DNA from: Octopus vulgaris
Taxonomy: Eukaryota
Direction: 5' to 3'
Assembly (NCBI GenBank): GCA_951406725.2
Contig: OX597815.1
Span: forward strand, 8,184,001 to 8,248,000
DNA length: 64,000 nucleotides
The notes beneath the pieces are model-generated. The model was not told where the DNA came from. It worked only from the letters and a program-made list of their open reading frames with translations, and made no database searches. The position numbers were made by a program, and so were the translations under genes. This document shows positions 52,745-64,000 of this stretch, one piece after another. Numbering within the stretch: the first letter of the stretch is position 1; each line of letters opens with the position of its first letter.

Positions 52745-53035
52745 CCAGTGGTTAGGGCAGCGGACTCGCGGTCGTAGGATCGCGGTTTCGATTCCCAGAC
52801 CGGGCGTTGTGAGTGTTTATTGAGCGAAAACACCTAAAAGCTCCACGAGGCTCCGGCAGGGGGTGGTGATCCCTGCTGTACTCTTTCACCACTCTTTCTC
52901 TCACTCTTTCTTCTGTTGGCCTGCTCGCTTAGCCAGCGGGGTGGCGTCATTCGAAGGCTAAAACAATGCGAACGCATTGTGACCAGCGATGTGTAACTAC
53001 ATCTGATGGACTGGTCGGTCACGTGATCACGTGAT
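52745..53035 (+). mobile_element. SINE family C, tail type 3
   Basis: Family C head and body to ctctttcttctg, then a distinct 3' region (ggcctgctcgcttagccagc...ggtcacgtgat) ending in (TA)n. Confidence 0.85.
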
Positions 53036-53054
53036 ATATATATATATATATATT

Positions 53055-53335
53055 GATAGAAAAGGTAAGACAACAAAAGAATGAAAGAGACCTCGATATT
53101 ATGTAAATAGAGGAATTTATCTGTAAATATAATATGTGACAATTATTTGGTAGCCATGATAAAACTCCGAGTTTCGGATGTCGGGGCGGAGACCCACACC
53201 ACCATCTCTTCAGTTATCCGGCATTTTTTCGATGGCCGGATAACTGAAGAGATGGCGGCGCGTGTTTCCGCCCCGACATCTGAAACTCGGAGTTTTATCA
53301 TGGCTACCGAATAATTGTCACACATTATATTTACA
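53055..53335. mobile_element. Head-to-head palindromic Penelope-like fragment with two hammerhead cores
   Basis: Inverted arms of about 100 bp around 53228. Cores at 53158-53218 (-) and 53239-53299 (+): gataa CTGAAGA gatg..catc GAAA ctcggag TT ttatc. Confidence 0.72.
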
Positions 53336-53384
53336 TATATATATAGTCGATTTAAATAAGCAATTAATTTAATTAGGCGAATAA

Positions 53385-53530
53385 AATTAACGGACAACAA
53401 GAGGACGTGCACATGGAATGTATTAGCTTGACACTCGGTGAAAAGAGAGAGTTTGACGTTTCGAACATAGTCCTTCGTCGGAAAGGGATAAGTCCAAAGA
53501 TGGAAAAGAAATCGCCAACAGCATGTGTAT
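53385..53530 (-). mobile_element. Penelope-like fragment with mutated hammerhead core
   Basis: Minus strand: ttt cCGACGA aggac-tat-gttc GAAACGTC aaa at 53452-53484; flanks homologous to 38715-38880. Confidence 0.55.
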
Positions 53531-53549
53531 AGTTACATTGCCGAAGTAT

Positions 53550-54070
53550 ATATAACGTGCATTTCAGAAGTTTTGAAACTTTTACAGGAGAAGCATTTAT
53601 TAATTTAAAAAAAACGTGCAAAACTCCAATTTCTGTCAGAGTAGGATCCACTTGACTTTAGTACACTCGTAATGCTCCAGCCATTTCGTGAAGGAACTAT
53701 AGAAGTCCTTCAAAGTGAAGGTGTCACATCTTCCTTCATCTTCACAACGACTGTTCCTGAGGTTCTTCAGCTTTGAGATCAACCAAAATCATAGGGTGTA
53801 AGGTCTGGACAGCGGGGAGGACGAGGGGCAGTTTTAGTGCTCATCTCTGTCAGGTATTTGGTTGCTAGGGTCGGATTGTGACAAGCAGTGTTTAGTAGGG
53901 TGTGCTCAAAGAGCTGTCATAGCCGTTTCCTCCAATCTTGAATAACAAAATTTGACAGGCCAGCTTATAAGATATATAGTAATAGTGTATTAAAATTACG
54001 ATAACCTAGGACAACTGTAACTTGCCTCTCCTGAAAAAAACCCTCAAAACTTCTGGAATGCACCTTGTAT
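53550..54070 (-). mobile_element. Decayed Tc1/mariner transposon fragment
   Basis: Minus strand PPRCPDLTPYDF matches the PPxSPDLxPxDF motif; a TIR-like aaacttctggaatgcaccttg|ta lies at the right end. Confidence 0.62.
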
Positions 54071-54938
54071 GTGTGTGTTTGTGTACGTGTATTTATAAGT
54101 ATGTATGTATATGTATATATACATGTATATGTATGTATGCATTAATATACACACAAACACATATCTTTCAGCAAAATATTATACATCACTGAAGAGGGTT
54201 AATTAGTCCGAGACGTGTCGAGAGTTGTCACCCTTCGTATCAAAGATCAGATTCACATTCCACCACATGTCTATATCTTATTTTTAACTAATTTCAATCA
54301 AAATTAGGGGGTTGTTTCATTTGCCTTTTTTTACCAGAATTAAAAACTTCTTCATTTTGCTTCCTTCTCATCACGAGACTCATTAATTATGTTAATGAGA
54401 CTCCATAACATTAAGGATGTTAATTAATATCAACTTTACTGTTTGTATTTTATGCTGAGGCATCACTGGGTAATACCTTCCTACCTGTCCTTCACTTCCG
54501 ACCACCACCACTACCACTTCTTCCACCCACCACCACCACCACCACCACCACTGCTACCTCCACCACCATCATCATCACCACCACCACCACCGCCACCGCC
54601 GCCTCCACCATCACCACATATATATATATAACCTATATCACATGCGTTTTTTTTCCAAATCTCACGTTCTCTTTCTCTTGCTCTCTTTCCTTCCCTCCTC
54701 ACTCACCTGTCTCACAACACCTGCCACCTACCTGAGCATTGTGCCACATTCTGTCTTTCACTCCTTCTCTCCCTTATCTCTCTCTCTCCCTCTTTCTCTC
54801 TCTCTTTCTCAGTACTTGTCTCTTACACTTTCCACTCTACTTCATACAACTTTAATAAAACAAGATCCTTCTCTCATTATTAGAAAGCGCTCCTGCTGTG
54901 TGAACCCCCCCCCACCAAACACACACACATACATAGAC

Positions 54939-55008
<70 letters not shown>

Positions 55009-55065
55009 TTACTTGTTTGTGACTGGATATATATATACTACATTAATAGGTCACTATAGATGCAT

Positions 55066-55668
55066 TCACACACACACACTCACTCACACACACACACACA
55101 CTCACACACACACACACACACACACATTCACTCACACACACACTCAGACATACACACACATTCACTCACACACATACACTCACTCACTCACACATTCACT
55201 CACACACACATATTCACTCACACACATACACTCACACACACACTCACTCACACACACACACACTTACTCACACACACACACAGACACTCACTCACTCACA
55301 CACACACTCACTCACACACACACACACACACACTCACACACACACACTCACACACTCACTCACTCGCACACACACACATTCACTCACACACACACTCAGA
55401 CACAAACACATTCACTCACACACACACTCAGACACAAACACATTCACACACACACATTCACTCACACACACACACACATACACTCACTCACTCACACACA
55501 CACTCACTCACACACATACACACATTCACTCACACACATACACTCACTCACACACTCACTCACTCACACACACACTCACTCACACACATACACACATTCA
55601 CTCACACACTCAGACACACACACACTCACTCACACACACACACACACACACACTCAGACACACACACG
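55066..55668 (+). repeat. Complex (CA)n/(CACT)n microsatellite
   Basis: About 600 bp of interrupted CA. Confidence 0.96.
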
Positions 55669-55729
55669 TATTGATACACGCTATTGACATCAATAAAAAC
55701 TGTCAATATATCTGTCCTGGGGCTAAACA

Positions 55730-56456
55730 CTTTCACCACCATCGTGACCATCATTGCTGCCACCACTACCACCACCACCACATCATAAACCACCATCACC
55801 AGTTCTATCAACAGCGCGACCATAAGGGCCACCACCACCAACCACCATTACAACAACCACGCCGCCAACCACACCTCTAACCATCACTTCTATCAACACC
55901 ACCCTTACCATCCTCATCATCACAGCCACCACGACCACCGCCGCCGCTACCACCACCACCACCACCACCGATACCACCACCACTAAGACCACCACCACCA
56001 TCACCTCCACCACCACCACCACCACCACCACCACCACCACCACCACCACCACCACCTCCACCACCACTAAGACCACCACCACCACCACCACCACCATCAC
56101 CACCACCATCACCACCATCACCACCACCATCACCACCACCACCTCCACCACCACTAAGACCGCCACCACCACTAAGACCACCACCACCACCACCACCACC
56201 ATCACCACCACCACCACCACCATCACCATCACCACCGCCGCCACCACCACCGCCGCCATCTCCACCATTATTACTGATATCCTCGTAAAGGAAACATGGA
56301 AAATGTTTTGGGTTTTCCAAGCATATAAGGTAAGAATTGGATGGTCACGGCTGGAAAACAATATGATCGACGTCAGAGCTATAATGAGGCTACATTAATA
56401 ACTGCCAAACGACACCAACACCAACATCACTGCCACTACCTTGTAAAAAAGATTAC

Positions 56457-56504
<48 letters not shown>

Positions 56505-56569
56505 CACCACCACCACTACTACTACTACTACCACCACCACCACTACTACTACTACCACCACTACCACCG

Positions 56570-56600
<31 letters not shown>

Positions 56601-56739
56601 CACCACCACCACCACTACTACAACCATCTCTACCACCACCACCACCACTACTACCACCACCACTATCACCACTACTACTACTACCACCACCACCACTACT
56701 ACCACCACCACCGCTACTACTACTACTACCACCACCACC

Positions 56740-56774
<35 letters not shown>

Positions 56775-56832
56775 AACCATCTCTACCACCACCACCACCA
56801 CCACTACTACTACCTACCACCGCCACCACCAC
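55730..56832 (+). repeat. (ACC)n and (ACT/ACC)n tracts
   Basis: Trinucleotide low complexity; source of the poly-Thr/Val/Gly ORFs. Confidence 0.94.
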
Positions 56833-57023
56833 AAACATTTCTCCTCTCCCAAGCAACGAACCGACTTGTTGAACACAACAAAAAGTACAGCCTTACCAAC
56901 AACAGCAGCAGCAACAACAACAACAGACCTGATAATGACGATGACAATAGCAACAACTCACAAACACAAACGCATGCACACATACACAGACTTGCAAAGG
57001 GAGTATAACAAACCTGTATATAT

Positions 57024-57432
57024 AGGCGCAGGAGTGGCTGCGTGGTAAGTAGCTTGCTTACCAACCACATGGTTCCGGGTTCAGTCCCACTGCGTGGCAC
57101 CTTGGGCAAAATGTCTTCTGCTATAGCCTCGGGCCGACCAATGCCTTGTGAGTGGATTTGGTAGACGGAAACTGAAAGAAGCCTGTCGTATATATGTGTG
57201 TATATGTGTGTATGTGTTAGTGTGTCTGTGTTTGTCCCCCTAGCATTGCTTGACAACCGATGCTGGTGTGTTTATGTCCCCGTTACTTAGCAGTTCGGCA
57301 AAAGAGACCGATAGAATAAGTACTGGGCTTACAAAGAATAAGTCCTGCGGGGGTCGATTTGCTCGACTAAAAGGCGGTGCTCCAGCATGGCCGCAGTCAA
57401 ATGACTGAAACAAGTAAAAGAGAGTAAAAGAG
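57024..57432 (+). mobile_element. SINE family A, full length
   Basis: Complete head to tail. Confidence 0.93.
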
Positions 57433-57536
57433 ATATATATGGAGGCGACAAGAAAACTTCGAAGTCACTATCAAGAGTTTATTTTTCTTTGTGAAGAATA
57501 TATATATATAGATATGAATAAAAAATATAAATATGT

Positions 57537-58335
<799 letters not shown>

Positions 58336-59170
58336 AAAGTGTGTGTGTGTACACAAATTCTTAAACCCTTACATGTGATCGTTTGACCTGCTAGAAACAA
58401 CAGCAATATTCACTTCCAGTTGTTACATCCTTTAACACAAAGACGGAGTGTGTACGATTGAAAAGCCCTTCATCATAGGGCCCAGCTTAGTAAAAGGCCG
58501 ACATGGGGGCTAAACAACATACATATATACATATAAAGCTGGTCGAAACTTCGAGGTTACTATCACCACTATTCTTGCAAATATATAATAAATATCGGCG
58601 ATCGTTCTTGTAACGAAAGATCGCCTAAATATCTATTCTACAAAAAAGTATGCTGTAATCCTCCAGTTTCGTGTTAAAGTTTTATTTATACCTCTATATA
58701 AAACCAAACATTAATATATATATGTATGTATATATGTATATATATATACACACGTATATTCAACTTCCGCCAGGTTTACCACTACGACGACGGCGACGAC
58801 CACAACACTGCCACCATCAACACCAACAACAATCACAACAACATCATCAGCAGCAGCACTGTCAAGCAATTATGCAAGCTTATAATTGTAGAATGAGTCG
58901 ACTCATGTGGCTGTAAGTTCTGTGTACACGACGGATATAATGTATGTACCCGCAGATGTTTGAAGGACTACGTTATGGATGTAAATATATACCCACCTGA
59001 CTTGAAAGGACTTACCCACGTTTATCGGATACCATAGCTGAGAAAAATGGCAGGTAAGTTGTGAGGTAAATTGGCCCACAAAAATACTGTTTTTCTTCAC
59101 CCGCTCTTTCAACGCACCTGTTTAGGATGGTTAGTTATAATTAAATAATAATGTATGTTATAATTAAATA

Positions 59171-59269
<99 letters not shown>

Positions 59270-59615
59270 GGTCTTCGAGAGAAATTTTAAAGGCGAAACA
59301 ACAATTCCCAGACGGTCTTATCAGGTAAAAGGAAGGTTATAAGGTTTAATTTTTAGGGACTACCAGATACACACGGGCCTTATTATTGGCTCCCCGGGCG
59401 CCTAACACCTTCTTATAGGTCCTATGTGTGTATACACACAAATACCTGTGCAACGCCATGTGTGTATATATATGTATGTATTTATGTATGTATGTATATC
59501 TGGATATATGTATACACGCAAAGAGATGCATATTTAGGATGTATGTTTATATACGTGTGTGTGTGTTGACATATTATATACGTGTGCGTATGTACGTGCG
59601 TGTATATACATGTAT

Positions 59616-59925
59616 GAGACGTCCTAGTGTCCTAGTGGTTAGGGTGTTGCATTCACGATCGCGAGACCGTGGGTTCGATTCCTGGACCTGGCAGTGTGTT
59701 GTGTTCTTGAGCAAAACACTTAATTACACCGTTGCTCCGGGATCACTTCGACGTCTGACATGTGGTACACCTGTACAGGTAATGTCGATTTGATGGAGGG
59801 AGTGAGCTTATATACAGCTCAAAATTCTCGATCACTACAAACAAATCGTCTACCTGCACAGGTTGTTCAACAACAAATTGCAAAACACTCATCTGCCGTC
59901 TACAATAGGAGTGTTCCTGCATATA
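59616..59925 (+). mobile_element. Diverged tRNA/CORE-like SINE
   Basis: tagtggttagggtg..gggttcgattcc boxes, then gtgttcttgagcaaaacacttaa. Confidence 0.65.
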
Positions 59926-59954
59926 TCATCATCATCATCATCATCATCAACATC

Positions 59955-60582
59955 AGGCGTGGCTGTGTGGTAAGAAGTTCGCTTCTCAACTACATGGTTC
60001 CGGGTTGAGCCCCTCTGCGTGGCACCTTGGGAGAGTGACTTCTACTATAACCTCGGGCCAACCCCAAAGCCTTGTAAGTGGATTAGGGCGGAGGTAAAGA
60101 ATACGCACACCACCCCCGTTTTCGGCGTAACAAAAACCTTAACCCTAAACCCTAAATCTAACCCTAAATACCGGGTGTGCGTAGATTTGGTAAACGGAAA
60201 CTAAAAGAAGCCCATCGTGTGTGTGTATATACTCTTTTACTTGTTTCAGTGATTTGACTATAGCCATGCTGGAGCACCGCCTTTAGTCGAGCAAATCGAC
60301 TCCCAGGACTTATTCCATCGATCTCTTTTGCCGAACCGCTAAGTTGTGGTTGATAAGCAAGCTACTTACATCACAGCATCTCCCACGCCTATATATATAT
60401 ATATATATATGGGGGGAGGGTATGCCTTTGTGTCTATGCTTGTCCCCATCACCGTTTGGCAACCAGCTTTGGTGTTTATGTCTCCCTAACCTAGCAGTGA
60501 CCATTAGAATAAATACTAGGGTTTAAAAAATAAGCCCTGGGGTCGATTTGTTCGACTGAATCAAGTAAAAGAACAAAAGAAT
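59955..60582. mobile_element. Scrambled SINE family A pieces, with a ~100-bp insert at 60085-60187
   Basis: Plus-strand head, internal minus-strand pieces, plus-strand 3' domain. Confidence 0.75.
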
Positions 60583-60945
60583 CATCATCATCATCATCAT
60601 CAGTTGGGGTCCGTCTTCCATGCTGGTTTGGTTTGGACAGTTTGACAGGAGCTAAATATTAGTAATTCACACTAGATACATACACACAACGTATTGATTA
60701 CCCATACTCTATTGACATCAATAAACACTTGTAGTGATAACTCTCAACAAATCTGCCTAGCTAGTTAACACTATTCTGAGGCTAACACTTTCACCACCAC
60801 CGTCACCATCATTGTCGCTAAACTCTATCTACTTTGGCATGGTTTCTACGGTCTGATGCCCTTTCTAACGCCAACAACTTTACAGAGTGTACTGGGTTGT
60901 TTTTTTGCGTGGCACAAGCATCAGTGAGGTCACCAAATGATTTAC
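60583..60945 (-). mobile_element. RTE-type 3' tail fragments ending in (GAT)n
   Basis: Minus strand ccgtagaaaccatgccaaa and gtcaaactgtccaaacc..agcatggaagacggac..(tga)n. Confidence 0.5.
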
Positions 60946-61479
60946 AAGACATGAAGCCTTCCCTTCTCATATCAAGGGTGGGAGTAGTATTGAGGATGGT
61001 AGCTTTGTTGTTGGTGTGAGGTTAGAGCATGAGTAGTGGGGCAGAAGTAGGCGTTTTGCTATAAAGGAGATACATGGCTACTTCTGTTGGAGAGAAGAGA
61101 AAAAGAGAGAAAGGAGGGGAGACAGAAGGGACAGAAGATGGTGAAGATATGACGGTGGGGGATACACTCAAATTACAGGGAGGTGTGCATAAATAGTGGG
61201 CCCGAAAATTGGATAGGGTAAGTGGGTGGTTAAGTTTGCAAGACTGCGGAAGGAGTGCAGCGAAGTAGAAGGGGAGAAGTTATCAAGAGGCTATGTTGTG
61301 AGGAAGAGTCAAAAGGGGATATTAGGGGACAGATGGGAGAAGAGTACAGCGCGGGTGGGAGGAGGGGAGGTGTTGGGAAGATGGGATCTGGGGCAGAGGT
61401 TTGTCAGAGACGACAAATCGCAGAACGGTGGGGGGGGGGGTTGCGCATGGATATAAAGGACATACCTTTCTGGTTTCGA

Positions 61480-61755
61480 TTTTACTTAGCTGGACAGGTC
61501 TTTTCAAACACAGCAAATCGCCAATTACTTCGGTCTTATGTCATGTCTGTGCGTCTCATCTTTAGATCAATTTTCATCACATATCCTACATATTCCTAGA
61601 TCTTTCTCTTCTCAGGGTTCCCTCCACATTTAAGAGATCGGCTCTCTTTTATGCAACAGTCTTCTACCATACACATCACGTGACCGTACCATCGCAGTCT
61701 TCTCTCTTGTACACTACACGTGATTCCTCTTATACCCAATCTTTCTCTCAACGCA
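61480..61755 (-). mobile_element. RTE LINE C-terminal fragment
   Basis: Minus strand: LRERLGIRGITCSVQERRLRWYGHVM...NVEGTLRR, the RLRWxGHV motif of RTE elements. Confidence 0.82.
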
Positions 61756-61854
61756 TATATATATGTATGTGTGTGTGTGTGTGTGTGTGTTTATAAGTCT
61801 ATAATTTTATATATATATAATATAAATATGATATATATAATGTATATATATATT

Positions 61855-62235
61855 GGCTGAAAAAACTGCAACTTTACTCTCTGAAGCGAAAGCGCGACTG
61901 GTATGTAATAATTTTACGCGTGGAAAACACTAGGACTAATACCTAATTTCGGCATTAAGTGTTATACAAGTACAAGAACTAGACGCCATTGTATTGTACC
62001 AAAGGTACCATCCACTCCATTTAAATTCAGGACCAAGTACTGCCATAGCCTAGGGTTCAAAGACCCACAGCTCTCCAATGCCCTGCCACAAGAATTAAGA
62101 AATCTGCATAAGGTGGAAGTAGATGTCTGCCTAAAGGAACTAGATAACCTCTCCACAATACCCGATGAACCAACAGGGCTACATGAAGTACAGACCAGGG
62201 CAGCGGAATCAAGCCCTCTTATATAACAAATGTAC
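61855..62235 (+). mobile_element. CR1-clade LINE C-terminal fragment
   Basis: LKKLQLYSLKRKRDWY, then RTRRHCIVP...RTKYCHSLGFKDPQLSNALPQELRNL..V.VDV..KELD..STIPDEP...RAAESS. Confidence 0.82.
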
Positions 62236-62299
62236 CGAGAGCTGAGAACGCTGTCGTATGGTTGAAACGAGTAAAAAAGTAAGAGTACACAAACACACG

Positions 62300-62870
62300 T
62301 ATAATGATGAGAGGAAGAAAATGGAGAATTATGAATGGTTAAATAGTTAATTTGTATGATATAATGAAGTTGAAAGTTTTATATCTACTACATATGTGGG
62401 GAATTCTGTCTGTGGGTGTGTTTGTGGAGTTGTTAGCTAACCCCTCCTACATAGTTTTATCGATTTTGAGTAGAACTCATGTCTGGAAACCTCGTGGCAT
62501 ACTCAGAGTGCTGGAAAAAGGGATAATAGGGCCCCTAGAAGGGATCCTTATATATATATATAATATATTTTATTTTAAAAACCAAGGGAAATAGCCCATT
62601 CGCTCCTAGAAGGGATCCTTATACCCAATGGAAATAACTTATAGGTAATGATTATTATTAAAATTATAATTAAGGGTATCTAAAATACACCACCATGCTA
62701 GAGAAATCAGTCAAATCTTGACTCTAAAACTACATACAGCACCAGGAGAAAATACCCTTTGTTATAATTTTAATAATAATCATTACCTATAAGGTTTTTA
62801 TTCCCATCCTGGTCACTTGATATGATCGGTATTTTAAATAACGATCTTATCTTTATTTATATAAGTATAA

Positions 62871-62901
<31 letters not shown>

Positions 62902-63476
62902 TACATACATTTTGGAGACAATGATGAAAATAAACAAATAAAACTACTTGGTTTTGATGTAAAATATATATATATACAGGTATACATGTAAATAGAGAGA
63001 AAGCAACGATTGAAAATTTTCAGACGATGAGTATTCAAGTGCAAATGTATATGTAGATATTTATATATTAACAGAGAAAACTTACACAGAGTACAAATAC
63101 ACAGAAAAGTAAAGAGAAGGTATTATGTCACAAGTTCGACAACTGTTTCTGGGGGCTCGGAGTTACATAATGTTGACAGATGAAGTTCACCAGAATATGC
63201 AATCAGTAATGGAAGCAAAGAAACATAAAATAGATTCGACCTCCGTCTTCAGGGTGGATAGATAAAAATCTCTATTTACATGTATACATGTATATATATA
63301 TTCTGTATATTAAACCCAAGTAGTTTGATTTGGTTATTTGCATCATTGTCTCCATATTTGCACACCTGGATTTTTCTTCTAACTACTCTTTACCCCTGCA
63401 TGTCTGGAAACCTCATGGCATTACTCAGATTGGTGAAAAAAATGGATAACAGGGCCCCTGGAAGGGATCCTTATAG
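62300..63476. mobile_element. Rearranged cluster of direct and inverted repeats, probably Penelope-like
   Basis: Direct repeat 62478-62552/63399-63475. Inverted pairs 62633-62680/62753-62800 and 62910-62998/63270-63358. Minus-strand CTGAAGA(63252)...GAAACAGTTGTC(63138). Confidence 0.5.
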
Positions 63477-63516
63477 CCAAGGTTGGGGGGACTAACACAG
63501 ATACACAAACATATAT

Positions 63517-63873
<357 letters not shown>

Positions 63874-63928
63874 AAATACATACATATATATATATACATA
63901 TGCATATATATATATGTATGTGTGTGTG

Positions 63929-63962
<34 letters not shown>

Positions 63963-64000
63963 AATGCATACACACACACACATATGTAGCGTGGGTTATT

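Noticed and set aside
55783-57048. Poly-Thr/Val/Gly ORFs resembling mucin or glycine-rich proteins (also at 14.5 and 37 kb)
   Set aside because: These are trinucleotide tracts open in several frames on both strands, with no domain or splice support.
58956-59057. Possible exon bounded by cgcag and cag|gtaag
   Set aside because: All three frames contain stops and no partner exon is evident; a non-coding exon cannot be supported from sequence alone.

Overview
AT-rich, extremely repeat-dense animal DNA. The SINE set and microsatellite load suggest a cephalopod, probably Octopus (inferred by recognition, not by a search). I found no supportable host protein-coding exon, and almost all long ORFs in the track are microsatellite artefacts. 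The window holds: (1) about 35 copies or fragments of four tRNA-derived SINE families; (2) decayed non-LTR retrotransposon pieces from several clades (RTE-like, R4/Dong, HERO, Tx1/L1, CR1); (3) a Penelope-like GIY-YIG endonuclease relic and many short Penelope-type terminal fragments, several with recognisable minimal hammerhead-ribozyme cores and often arranged as palindromes; (4) DNA transposons: a Merlin/IS1595-type transposase pseudogene, a pogo/Tc2 transposase fragment with matching MITEs, mariner and hAT relics, a GGATC-TIR family with telomere-like repeats, and non-autonomous Helitrons; (5) large microsatellites. The most interesting signals are the diverse hammerhead-bearing mini-elements, a SINE that forms concatemers at a fixed GGTA junction, a SINE head with three alternative tails, and an unexplained decayed coding-like island with a ~210-bp inverted duplication at 22.4-25.4 kb. 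Coordinates were read by eye and may be off by a few bases.
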